A stretch of DNA of 64,000 nt from NCBI RefSeq assembly GCF_964194155.1, contig NC_135886.1:9052001-9116000 (forward strand), given 5' to 3'. Position 1 is the first letter of the stretch; each line of letters starts with the position of its first letter. This DNA comes from Cetorhinus maximus (taxonomy: Eukaryota). Positions 12,311-25,104 of the stretch are shown piece by piece. Under the pieces are notes generated by a model. That model saw only the letters and a list, made by a program, of their open reading frames with translations. It made no database searches and was not told where the DNA came from. The position numbers were made by a program, and so were the translations under genes.

Positions 12311-13126
12311 GTTCATAAGTAACCAAGTTTGTTAGAAATAGCTTCATCTCTGGAAGAGTAACATTAAATGTGAGAAGTGGCTTTAAGCTAAAGTTGGTAA
12401 CAGGTTAATACTGTCCACCAACCAAAATGTAAAACTCAACATATTTCCCCCCTTTAAGATACAAAGACCTCTCATGAACCTTGGGACAGCAACATTATAG
12501 ATCATCTCTTCGTTATACTCAAATTCTTGATAGAGAACAAAAACAATGACTACTTAAGTCACATGATACCGTTGAGCCAGAATATTTGGGACAAAGAATT
12601 TCCTAATGTAGTCAGCCTCAAGGTACATTCTGAGTAGGATGCAGAAGGTAGAATAAGCTTTCAGCTAGCATTAACAATGTCTGACACCAAGTGCTGAGGT
12701 TTATGCTGGGTCAGCACCAACGAAACACATAGGAATGGCACTATTTGTATGGCAACTCTTATTACCCCCCAAAACACTGAATTGGAGATGGGTGAAATGC
12801 TTTAATGATTGGTTTTACCTGCACTTATTTTGCAGGCTCTGAGATATATTCGAGAATGACAGCAAATGGCGCTCAGAGTATACATTCTAATTTCCAGACG
12901 CACAGGAGAAGGGAAGATTCATACACCAGCTGAGTCAATCCTATGAGCAGCTTTTTAATTCTTGAGGATCTCCAATTCAACGATACATAACACTGGCTCA
13001 ACCATAGCCATGTCACTTTCTTCCAGGTCAACTCCCTCTGATCTTGTGAAAGTGACACTGTCAAGTGAATCTCAATGCAACTAAGTGCGCAATCATCCAA
13101 TTTGGCGTGCATTATGAGGGGAATTT

Positions 13127-14060
13127 TTGCTGCAGTTATTCATAGTTAGTTCAGTTCTGGAACACCGAGTACTGTTTGGAGCACTGTACCTTAGAAAGGA
13201 TATATGGGCCTTGGAAGGATTGCAGTGCAGGTTCACCAGAATGTTCCCAGGGCTCCAAGGTTCAAATGATGAGGTGAAATTACAAACTATGTTGGTATTC
13301 CCTGGAATTTAGAAGGTTAAGGGGTGATTAGATTGAGGATTTTTAGGATTTTGAAAGGAATCAACAGGGTTGATAGAGAGAAATTTTTCCCATTTCTGGG
13401 TGAGTCTAAGACATGGCGACATAACCTTAAAATCAGAGCCAGGATATTCAGGAGAAAAGGTGGGAAAACTCTCCCACGAAAAGCAGCAGATTCTAGCTCA
13501 ATTGATCATTTTAAAACGGAGATTAACTGAATGTGTTAGCCAATGGATACAGTGCCAAGGGAAGTAAATGGGGTTCAGGTACAAATCAGGGTAGAATAGT
13601 AAAAGGGTTCAAGGATACAGGTGAACAAATTATTCAAAACAGCATAAGTTAGCAAGCCGATTAAAGATGCAGCAAAGCTCTGGGGTTATTTCCATGGGTA
13701 TAGAATTCAAAAGGAGCAAAGTTTATTTTAGACTTGTAAAGGCCACAATCAGGCCAGAGTGAAGTACTGGAGAGAAGCGTGAGAAAGATTACAAGGATGG
13801 TACCAGAACTGAGAGATAACAGCTATTGGGAAAGATTGAGAAGGTTGGGGCTTTGGTCTTTACGAAAAAACAGAGAAGTGATGTGAAAGAGGCATTTAAA
13901 ATTATGAACGGTTGGACAGAGTAGATGGACAGAGAATGTTTCTATCTTGCAGCAGGATCCATAAGTAAACACAATAGTTACCAATAAATCTAATAGGGAA
14001 GTAAGGAGAAATGTCGTCAGAGTGGTTAGAATGTGAAACAAGCTACCACAGGAAATGGCT
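13127..14060 (+). mobile_element. Two decayed CR1 LINE 3' fragments
   Basis: Peptides LRKDIWALEGLQCRFTRMFPGL and IFRILKGINRVDREKFF, from the CR1 ORF2 C-terminus. Confidence 0.75.
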
Positions 14061-14240
14061 GAGGAGTTTTTTTTTTTATTTTGTTCATTGAATGTGTGCA
14101 TCACTGGCAAGGCCAGCATTTATTGCCCATTCTTAACTTCCCTCGAGCTGGTGTGGAACTGCAGTGTATTCCATCATACTCCTGATATAGTACTCGAATA
14201 TACGTGGATAGAAATTTTAATAAAGCAAATTGATACTCAC

Positions 14241-14702
14241 CTTTACGATAATCATCCATGGTGTTTTTGAACCCTTTAATGGAAAGATTTTGAAGAGGTA
14301 TAGATCCGTTGTCACAATTCCTCTTGCAATCTTCCACACAAAGATGAAATCGGACGACCCTAAAGTTTTGATAGTCGCATCCAAGCAGCTAATGCTCAGG
14401 GTGGCACCCACGGTGGTGGTTTTAGCGATAAGGCCACAGTCTTGGTTGATCAGGCACAAGGCATTTGTCGATGTGCAGTTACTGACGTATCCCTTTTTGC
14501 TCACCTTGCAGTAATACTCAGACCTCCAGCCTAGCCCACAGGTTTTGCTGCAGGGGCTTACACTTACAACTAGGAGTCCAGAGAATGTGACATTCTCCAA
14601 CTCTGGCGGCAGGGTGTTAATGATCTCTTGGCAAGCAGCCAGATGCATCAGGAAAGTAAAAAAGATGAGGACAAGGTAGATACTGGCATGAGGGACCAGC
14701 AT
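14241..14702 (-). CDS. TMEM81: TMEM81 coding exon 1 (signal peptide, Cys-rich hairpin, first part of Ig domain)
   Basis: MLVPHASIYLVLIFFTF signal peptide. CSKTCGLGW..C..C..CL...CG and FVWKIARGIVTTD match the TMEM81 signature (human CTVTCGLGY and FTWRLARGVISTD, recalled). Phase-0 donor AAG|gtgagt at 14241/14240. Adjacent to RBBP5 as in other vertebrates. Confidence 0.92.
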
Positions 14703-14885
14703 TTCTTTAGGGGAAGGGACAGGGAGAGAAGAGGTGGGGGTGGGAAGTGGGGGGTTAAGGCTGTAGACAATCTAATTTTAACAAGTCTTTGTTACATCAA
14801 CCTTCAACACAATGGAGCTTTGAGAACAATGGAACTGAGGTTACATCATGACAACATTGGTAAGGCTGTAGATGCACAAAACAAT

Positions 14886-15606
14886 GGGTGAGAATTTGAT
14901 GTCAAAATAAGAGTGAAACTAATGGTGCTCACCATTATTTATGCACGAATGGTACAGCAACTTCAGGCTGTGCTAGATGCATGATTAAGCATTGATATCC
15001 AAACTTTGCTATCCTAGTTGCACTGCTCCACTGGTAGCTCCGCAGTAATGGTAGCTCTGCGGTAATGGTACCTTGCCTAATGCCTCACCGCTGAAATGCA
15101 TTGACTAGCATGAAGTTGTATTTGTGTCCTAGGCAAGTATTAAATTCCCCTTGGGAAGTTAAATCCTGAGCATTTCAGTCTAGATATCCTTTTTAATAAT
15201 GATGTTTATTCCTGCCAAACAACCTTTGACACTGAAAATTAACCATTAAAACTTAGAGTCTAATTCCTCAGGGTTTAATTGGTGAAGATTTCCAATGTTT
15301 AATTTTTTTTTTAAAGAACATTTTGTCTTTCATTCACTTAATCCAATCTTTTCTTTCCCTCTTTCTGTGCCTCATTTGACCTTGAATTCACAAACTCCAT
15401 CCTTCTTCTTCAATCTCATTGGTTAAGGAGACACTCAGCCAATTGTCCTGTTCATTCCCAGATGTGCAGTTTCCCGCGCTGCACCATTAGCAGATCACAT
15501 TTTCAGTAACTTGCCACACAACAAAATTTTCAGAACACAAATATGCAAGGTTAATCTACCTAACACTGGACGCTGTTAGATTCACTCCTACAGGAAAATC
15601 TCACCC
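14886..15606. mobile_element. Non-autonomous Harbinger-type element (MITE)
   Basis: TIRs GGGTGAGAATTT / AAAATCTCACCC flanked by a 3-bp AAT duplication. Confidence 0.65.
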
Positions 15607-15649
15607 AATGCGTTTCCTGAGGAAAACAGCAAAGGAGTTAAATAAGAGT

Positions 15650-16295
15650 ATGCTGGGGGTTACCATTGATCAGAAACTGAACTGGACTATCCATATAAAT
15701 ACTGTGGCTACAAGAGCAGGTCAGAGGCTTGGAATAGTGCAACGATTAACCGTCCTGACTCCCCAAAGCCTGCCCACCATCTACAAGGCACAAGTCAGGA
15801 GTGTGTTGGAATACTCTCTGCTTACCTGGATGAGTGCAGCTCCCACAACACAAAAAGCTCAACACCATCTGGGACAAAGCAACATGCTTGGTTGGCACCC
15901 TATTCTCAAACATCCACTCCCTTCACCACCAAGTGCCAGCAATATGGGTCATCCATAAGATGCACTGCAGGAACTAACCAAGCCTTCTCAGACAGCACCT
16001 TCCAAACCCACAACCTCTACCACCTAGAAGGATGAAGGCAGCAGACACATGGGAACACCACCACCTGCAAGTTCCCCTCCAATCCACACACCACCCTGAC
16101 TTGGAAATATATCACCATTCCTTCACTGTCGCTGGGTCAAAATCCTGGGACTCCCTCCCTAATAGCACTGTGGGTGTACCTGCACCACATGGACTGCAGC
16201 AGTTCAAGAAGGCAGCTCACCACTACCTTCTCAAGGGCAATTAGGGATGGGCAATAAATACTGGCCCAGCCAGCGAAACCCACATCAGTGAACAA
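15650..16295 (+). mobile_element. HER1-like LINE 3' fragment
   Basis: LGVTIDQKLNW..HI...TIYKAQVRSVLEYS..W (post-RT region) plus the shared 3' tail. Confidence 0.8.
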
Positions 16296-17084
16296 AAAAA
16301 AATTATTCCTGGTCCAGGACAAAATGATGTTCATAAGGCAGCAAATTTTCTAGCCTGTTATATTTCACACTAAATGCAGCTGTTTAATGTCACATGACAA
16401 GGCTCCACTCTGCTTTCCGTACCCTAACTCACACCACGTCCATTCACACATCACCTGTGCTGACTGACCAACTTTAATCCCTGGTCCAGCAACGTCTCGA
16501 TTTTAAAATTCTCATCCTTGTTTTCAAATCAGTCCGTGGCCTTGCCCCTCCAGATCTCTCAGCCTCTCCAGCCCCACAATCCTCCATGATCTCTGCACTC
16601 CTGTCTAGGTTATAACTAGATCATAAACAATGGATTTTTGTCCAACTCTCTCCAACTGTGTTACAGCCTGTGGCACGCCTTGGTCACAATTCAATCCCGG
16701 CTAGCCTGACAGGAGAGGATTCAAGTGTTGATTTTGAATTTAAATTAACCGTGCCAACTACTGATAACATTGGGATCTCCACCAATACTACAATCTCCAT
16801 AATGGAGAACCTTCCCGTTCTGACTCTCTCCCTTCCCCCACCCCACAGGGTAGTGGAAATTGATGGATAAAAGATCTCCAAATTCTGGTCAGGTACGTAC
16901 AGTACAGCAATGTCCTAGTAACGAAGGCCAAGACAACACAAATAAAACACTAAACTTCTAACAAAAAAACTGATTTGAAATTTTCTGGAGCGGAGAAGTT
17001 GGTGGTCAAAGGTGCAGCAAGACAACATCCCAAACAAAAATTCCAATCACACAATGTTCCACGGACTGTATATTCAGGGGAGAC

Positions 17085-17455
17085 GGTCATGTAACGTCAC
17101 TGGACTAGTAATCCAGAGGCCCAGGCTAATGCTCTGGGAACACAGGCTCAAATCCCAGCTCAGCAGCTGGTGAAGCTTAAATTTATAAATAACATCTGCA
17201 GTTGAAACCTAATTATTAACAGGGACCATGACAATTACCATCGATGTTGTAGAAACCCTCAGGTTCACTAATGTCCTTTAGGGAAGGAAATCTGCCATTC
17301 TTACGCAGTCTGGCCTATGTGTTGCTCCAGACACACAGCAATGTGGTTGTCCCTTAACTGCCGCTGAAATAGCCTAGCAAGCCATTCCGTTCAAGGGCAA
17401 CTAGGGATGGACAATAAATGCTGGTCTTGTCAGTGATGCCCACATCCCATGAAAA
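17085..17455 (+). mobile_element. HE1-like SINE
   Basis: tRNA-like head (ctggactagtaatccagagg), central block, and HER1-shared tail ending in an A-run. Confidence 0.7.
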
Positions 17456-17656
17456 AATTTTTTAAGCTTTTAAAAGCCATAGTGAATGTCTGACATTCAC
17501 ATTCTGAGGACAGTCAAAGCTTTCAGTCTCTTAGACAAGTCTGGGAAAGTCTAAGCATGTCTAGTTATGACAGTTCATAACCCACTGTCACAATTTACTG
17601 ATGATAGAAACTCTTATTTTTTAAAAAAACCAAACACACTTAAAACCAGGTTAATG

Positions 17657-17662
17657 TTTATT
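17657..17662 (-). terminator. Candidate RBBP5 polyadenylation signal
   Basis: AATAAA on the minus strand at the end of the repeat-poor 17650-21530 segment, with GT/T-rich sequence downstream. Confidence 0.45.
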
Positions 17663-20600
17663 ATTTACAGGAATAAAAAAAACTGTATACACAATTGCTC
17701 AAACCATCCTTGCACGTGTGTTCTGTACAACAATATTGGTTACCAAATATGTCACCTCAATACACTCGGGTCATCGACACATTTCCTTGAAGAGAGATAT
17801 ATTAGTGACCCATCCAATTTGAATGCAGCAGAGGAATGAGCAGGTATTGTTCTATCAACATTTAAAAAAAAGATCATTACAAAACAGCCCAGCCCCAAAT
17901 GGAAGAGGTGGTTTAACAACAGCTGTTAACAAGGCCAGTGGCTGCTGGGTCTAACACAAGGCATTTCTTAACAGCACAAAGGCCACAGGCCAGAAGCAAC
18001 AGACTATAGTGTCCCAGGAGAAAAAAACAGCAACTTGTCCAGCCTCGAAATGGCAGCAACAATGGACAAATCTAGAACTCTAGTTCACCCTTCCCCGACA
18101 GCGTCATCAAAAGGTTCATAACCAAACACAACTCACATCTGAAAGTATCCACTGCCTAGATTTCGGTGCTACCAGTGCTTTTTTTTAAAAAAAAACAGCA
18201 GAAATACTTTATTTTCTCCCCACACCATTGCCTAATGGTTTAGCTCCCTCTCGAGTCAAACAGAAACGCAAAGGCTTCGAGGACAATTCAGAAGAGGGGC
18301 CATTTTTTAAAGAAAGAAATGAAAACTGAAAAGCAAATGACTGGGTTTGTTGCATTGAAGCTTATTTCAAGATATCCTTTAACATGCCCACTGCTATGTC
18401 GAAGGAACAACTAAATGGGCTGCATTATTCGAGTCCATCTCCAGATCTCCCCAATTAAAGCAGGTTTACATAAACAGGGATATTATTAAATGATAACAGA
18501 ATGAAGAAAAACAGTAGTGAAAATATGGAGCTTACTACCACAAGGAGTGGTTCTGGTTAATTGCATAGATGCATTTAAGGGTGATGGGGTTGGATGAAGA
18601 GGGGAGACAGCAGTCTTGTGCAGAGCATAAACATTGGCAATGGACCTGTTGCTGTACTGTAAATACCATGTTGCTAATTTTATTTAGAATTAAAGGTCAC
18701 ACGTTTAATCGTAACTGTTTTGTTTGGATCTCATTTGCTCCCTGGCGATGGTATTCAGAGGAGTTTGAACAGAAATTAATTCGTCAGCTTCACAATAACA
18801 ATTAGAGGTGGAGGACCGAGATTTTGCAACTGGATCACAAGGATAATGCATTACAGAAACTGAACCACAGTTCATTCCTTGGGTAGCAAATGTGGATAAG
18901 AGAACAACATGGCTTTCAGAATCATTCAGCATGTTACTGTGCAAGTCATACTTTCACTGTTTTTCTGGGACTCGAAATCTGAAGGCGAGATGCAATGTGT
19001 GTGCCGCTGCATGCAATATATTGCTGTGAGTGCTATTGTTTTTACAATGAGCGGATACTCCAGGGCCAAGTCGCTTTAAACGACCATCAGTATTACTGAA
19101 AAGGAAAAACCAAAGCAAACTAACATAAGGGGGGGTGGAAACTTGTGTGCCAGACAGAAAAGGCAGAAACACAAGAATACCACAAAATAATCTGGCGGCT
19201 TCAGGAGCAAGCACCATCTCTGCTTGCATGGGAGCTTTTGATTTTTGTGCATGGGGTTAGACTTTGATATTCTTTGCTAGATGATGCACAGTTCCATGTG
19301 TATGGGGAAGTTCACATTTTAGGGAGCATGGGGTTTGAATGTGCACGTAGGCGTTAAGGTTAGGATATTGTGTGCATGAGGATCTTTGGACTGTTTGTGT
19401 ATTGGAATGGGGAAGAGGAAGCATGTTACATTGAGAGTGTAAACACAGCAACCCACTCATTAGCTGCGGTGTGTGGGTCTGACCAAGCGATCTGGAGTCG
19501 AGGAACTTTACAACAGTTCTTCATTCTTCCATTCGTGGTGGTGAACAAATGAGAAGGTTTAATCAATGGAGAATCTTAAGAAGCTTTTTTCAGATATTAT
19601 ATAAAAATTCAACTGCAGTGAACTATCAGATTTTCTCACCTCATCCTCATCTCCTGAATCTAGATTTTGGGTGACTTTTCTTGTCCTCTACATGATGAGC
19701 AATGGAGGGACACTCAGACCCTCAAGTTATTCAGACTGTAGCCCTGATGATGCCCTCCTGGATTGACTCTCCCAGAGTTTCCAAGATCAGTGGGAGGGGC
19801 CCTCATCAGCATGGGCACACTTCTGATAATCGCCTTCCCCATGCCTTCATAACCTCTAACCTCATTCCTCCCATGCGGAGCAGGTAGAAATAAGAGGTGG
19901 AAAGGTTCACTTCAACCCATCGTAGAGCAGGTTCAAATGACCTCCTTCTGTTAGGGAACGGATTTACAGTTGACCAGGCTTGGAGCCCACTGGTTGGAAG
20001 CACAAGGACCTCTTGGATGCTGCTCCAGCTCACCACTGGGTGCACTGGCCGCCCACTCCAACGCCAGGTCCTTATCTAGGGCAAAAGTGTAACCAGATCA
20101 CCGTCAACTGCTGGTCTCCTGCCAGAGTTACACCATCGGGTGGAATTTCAGGTCCTCAGGGTTCAACAAGGTTAGGGGTGTGGAACTACAACAGTGCACT
20201 GATTAGGAACAGCCTGCCCATGTTGGTACAGATTGGTAGGATTGGGAAGATGACAGCTGGTTCTTCTGCGAGAGGCAGAGGGCAATGCAGAGCAGCTGAG
20301 TGGATGGGCTGGACTTAGAAAGTCTAGGGGCAAGAGAAAGGTACATAAAACAAAACAACTGTCAGCCTCCACTTCACTTCAATAAAGGCATCAATTACAG
20401 CCCAAAACAATATTAACGGCCCAGTTCATTGATGAAGGGATAAAAAAGCAAAATCTACAATATTTAGCCTTTCACTGTCAGCTACTCATACAACAAAACC
20501 AATACAAAAGATATTCATCCGATTAGAATACAAACATTCAGGCATCTAATTACCACAAATAGTTTGTTTAAAAAATGTAAGTGGAGAAACAGGAGAATTT

Positions 20601-21531
20601 CAGCCTCAGGAACTGGACTGCATGGATCTTTTTAGTGAACCTGACCAATCAGTCTTGTGATGCAAGTGATCTTCCAGGGTACAAAAATAATACCCATCGA
20701 TAATTACTTCAAATGCAAAACTGCTGGATAAAAGAAACCAAAAATGGTTTTGCGCACTTTGCCGTACCTTGTTCATGCTTCAGCCACGAGTGGCCTCTGT
20801 TATGGTTCCAAATGAAAAGTAACTTCACCATATAACATGGGAAGACAGGAATTACACATCAGTTTGGGTTTCCTGGTGAACTGCCCAAGATCTTCAGTTG
20901 ACTGATTTTGCAATGCCATATTTCGAGGAGGGATGAAGGACCGTCCACTCCTGCAGTTCATGAAGGTTCCATTATGCTTTGGCAGGCAAGTTGACCAAGA
21001 GCCATACTCTTTCTAGGTGCTGCATCATATTACTAAAAAGTACAAAGGCAGCACAACAATGTCAGGGATGAAGAATCATCATTGCCCATGTTCACAGCAG
21101 ATCTGAAATTACACCTCCTCCTGAAAACCGAGAAAAGGAGGAAGGGATTAAAACTGAGGCATCCAATGGAAGCGGACAACAAAAATGAAACCAAGTTCTC
21201 AGAACGAGTGTATTTTGCTAATTCCAGCCACAAAGGGATGACACAAAAATAACTTGCTCATTTACTGGTCTTAATATGGCAGTGGTTTTCAAACATGGGT
21301 ACGTAAGGCCATGGTTAGTAGAGTGGTGTAGGAGAAGAACTCCCATCGAGAGAAAGAGGTGAGAGCGCAAATGGTTCAAACACATCCTCCTCTCAAGCGA
21401 AACTGTGTCAAACAAGGAGGGGATCTGGAAACTGGGAGAAATGCAACGTGAAGCTGATGGATTCTAAATACTGTTTGAAGGACTCTCAATAGTGTGTGCG
21501 GTTTGAGATCTTAATGCCCTTCCAGGGCTCT

Positions 21532-21551
21532 TCAGACAAATAATAAACTCC
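21532..21551 (-). CDS. RBBP5: Tentative RBBP5 terminal coding exon (GSLLFV*)
   Basis: ctacgcag|GGAGTTTATTATTTGTCTGA fits phase 1, gives 534 aa in total, and is followed by about 4 kb of repeat-poor UTR-like sequence. The peptide differs from mammalian GAISELL. Confidence 0.4.
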
Positions 21552-22099
21552 CTGCGTAGCACAATCCAGCTTTTTGAAATTCGGATATTCCAATAAAATA
21601 CGTGAGCTGCTTATGTGCTTTCTCAAAGACATCACCAAAACTTTCTATTGTTCACATTCTCTTGTCGAATCAGCACAATTTCTAACACACCAAAAGCAAC
21701 GAGATGGGCAATCGAGTGATTAGAAAGCACGATCGTTTCAACATTCTTGTAGGTTAACACTATAAATTAAATTTCTCTTCATGGATGAGCATCGGGTTAC
21801 AATTCACACTGCATGGCAAAATAATTACAGTTATGAAGGTCATTCATTACATCTTAATTTATTATAAAAAGTCAACGTCCCTCTACTGTAGCATGCATCC
21901 TTTTGCTTTCAGCATTCTATCTGGAAGTCTATTCCACATGTTGATACTTGCTGTGTGAAGAATTTTGTGTCTTCAGTTGTAAATTACCATTTACCACTTT
22001 GAACCTTTTACTCCCACTATTTAATTTGTAGGTTTTTTTTCCCCCCCTGCCACAAACCCTTAACTTAGAACCCTAGATCATTCTATCAGATCGCCTCAC

Positions 22100-23235
22100 A
22101 AATAGATTTTGGCAATGTCCCACATGGCAGGCTGATCAGTAAGTTAAAAGCTTATGGGATCCAAGGGAATGTGGCAAATTGGCTTAGTGACAGGAAGCAA
22201 AAGGTTATGGCTGACAGGTGTTTTTGTGACTGGAAGGCCATTTCCAGTGGTTCAGTGCTGGGTCGCTTGCTGTCTGTGGTACATATCAATGATAGAGACG
22301 TAAATGGAAGTGGCATGTTTAAGAAGTTTGCAGTCGATACAAAAATTGGGCATGTGGTTGATAGTGAGAATAGCTGTAGACTTCAGGAAGAGATCAATGG
22401 ACTGGTCTAGTGGGCAGAAAAATGGCAAATGGAATTCAATCCGGGGAAGTGTGAGCTAATGTACTTTGTGATAGCAGGCACTGCAAGGGAACACACAATA
22501 AATGATAGGATACTGAGAAGTATAGAGGAATAGAGGGACCTTGGAATGCACGTCCACAGATCCCTGATGGTAGCACGTTCACAGACCTCCATCTGCAGGA
22601 GAAAAATAAACCTCCAGGACATGTTGATAACGTGGTCAAGAAGGCATACGGAATACTTTCCGTTACTGGCCAAAGCCTAGAATATAAGAGCAGATTGGTT
22701 ATGCTACAAATGCATAAAACACTAGTTAGACCACAGCTAGAGTTCTGGTCAGGGGTGTGTTCACACTAGAGAGGGTAATTTACGAGGATGCTGTCAGGAA
22801 TGGAGAATTTAGTTATGACGAAAGGTTGGATAGGCTGGGGTTGTTTCCTTTGGAACAGAAGAGGCTGAGGGGAGATTTAATTGAATGTTAAATTGAATAT
22901 TGAAAGAGTCAATTGAATATTAATAAAATTACTAGGAGCCTGGATACTCTGTTGGCATAGAGGTCAATAACTAGTGTCATAGATTTAAAGTGATTGCGGT
23001 AAGGTTTAGATGGGAGTTGAGGAGCAATTTTTCTCAGAGGGTGGTGCATTCTGGAACTCACTGTCTGAACAGGTGGAGGAGGCAGAAACCCTCAGCACGT
23101 TTAAAAAGCACTTGGATACACACCTTAGATGCCCTGACCTACAGGACTATGGACCGAGAGATAGGAGGTGGGATTTGACTGGATAGTTCTCTCAGGCAAC
23201 ATGAACGTAACGGGCTGAATGGCCTCCTGCGGCAT
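22100..23235 (+). mobile_element. CR1 LINE fragment (RT C-terminal half to 3' end)
   Basis: NWLSDRKQKV, KFAVDTKIG (decayed FADD), WQMEFNPGKC. Confidence 0.85.
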
Positions 23236-24244
23236 AAATCTTCCTGTTTCTATGCCTTCACTAAGGTAAAATACCTAAGTTTCTTCCACCTTCCATAATT
23301 CTGACCCCTACACACCTGTCTCATGGCTCTTTTGCACTGTCTCCAGCACTTAAATTTCTTCATTGTTCCTTGGTGGCCAGGACTAAACACAGTATTGAAG
23401 GTGTGCTCTGACCAAAACACTATGGTTTTATCACTGTCTCCTAAGCTTGTATTAGATTGTTTGGGCTATATGGTTCAGCGTTCTAGTTGCTATATTAAAT
23501 ACTGTTTTCATTGTTTGACTGATTAATTTTGAGTCTACTTAGACTCACGTTTAGTAGATTTTAGGCAAGGGGCTCACAGGAATATGCCTATATTTAGAAG
23601 GTATTCCCCCATAAATGGTTTGAAAGCCACTGCTATATGGAAATAAATTTTAAAAAGCTAATGATTTATAAGTAGAGGCACAAAGCATAAAAGCAAGCAA
23701 GTTATTCCAGATCTTTATTAAACGCAAGTTTGGTCTCAGCTGGAGTGTTCCATCCAATTCTGAGCGCCACACTTCAGGAAGGATGCAGGGGAAAAAAATG
23801 ACACATCTATAGCGAAAGAGCTGGGCAGCGGAATTAATTGGATGGATCTTTCAAAGGGCCAGCATGGAGCCAACGGGGGCAAGTAGCCTCCTGGGCTGCA
23901 TCACAGACACACAGGAAATATTTGAGACAAATTGCATGGATGCGTTTCATGGGAAGCTAAGTGAGCAAATGAGGATGGAAGGAAGAGGAGGATATGCTGA
24001 TAGGGTGAGATGAAATAAGGTAGGAAGAGGCTGAAGCGGAGCACAAGCACCAGCACGGAACAATGAGGCTGAATGGCCTGTTTCTGTGCTGTAAACACTT
24101 TTTACTTCAATGCACTTAAAACAGCAAACCCGCATGCAAAAGCAGGACCAGAAACTAGAGGGAGCAGGAGGGGGAGGCGGGGGGGGAGAGGGAGAAAAGC
24201 ACAGGTACCAGGCAAGCTGCGGGAGCTCCCACCATGGTCCTTAC

Positions 24245-24433
24245 CTGCGGGTGGCTCAGCCACTTCCGCCAGCTCCTTGCCCTTCACTGCTCCTTCCAAA
24301 GGCTGACCTCTGTCCCCTTTGAAGGCTTTCGACTTAATGAAATCTTTCTCTTTACCTTTCGTTCCTTTTGGCCGGCCTGCTTGCTTTTTCTTCGACTTGC
24401 CATCGCCCTTCACACCCAGCAATGGGTGAACTT
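24245..24433 (-). CDS. RBBP5: RBBP5 exon 14
   Basis: EVHPLLGVKGDGKSKKKQAGRPKGTKGKEKD...AEPPA, ccag| acceptor and |gtaagg donor, 189 nt. Confidence 0.9.
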
Positions 24434-25104
24434 CTGGGGGGGGAAGAAAAATAAACATGCCGGTTACTTGTCACTGAGCTTGGGAGCGACCCTTATTTTG
24501 TAATACAGGTCCTGAGTCAACAAGAAACGGAAAAGGATTGGAATGGGAAAGGTGGAGTCCACATTCCTGCTTCTAACAGTTACCCAGTGATTCCTCCTCG
24601 TTTTATTAATCTGCACACTAACATAAGGTTTCAAAAAAGTGTCAAAATTGCAGGGACTTAATGAAATTGTGGGCTCCACAAGATTTTCCAGTGATGATCT
24701 TGACCTTGCGGTTTGAACAACCACAAATATTCATTAATGATTATTAAATATATAAAATCTCAAACATTAGAACAGATGACCTTTCCCCCCATTGTGCAAA
24801 ACCTTTTATCCATCTCATATTTCTTTTGAGCCTCGTCCCAGCCACTCACTTGCACCCACTAATGCAAAGCAATTGGGATTAATGGGCTTCAAGCCAAGTT
24901 GTGGCCAGTGTAAGATTTAGTTCAAGTGCAGGTCTTTTGAACAGCCGCAGATTTCCCACAGCATTACTCCTCTCCATAAACTCTGGACACTGGACATTAC
25001 TGCGAGTGTACTTCAGGGTGATTTTATTCACCGTGTGTCTACCAATCAAGGTCTTGAAAGCAAGGTTCAGAACAGAGTACTGGTCATTCCGCTCAAGGGT
25101 TTGA

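Noticed and set aside
24102-24244. ORF extension beyond RBBP5 exon 14 as an alternative C-terminus
   Set aside because: Begins at a consensus donor (G|gtaagg) and is low-complexity, so most likely intron.
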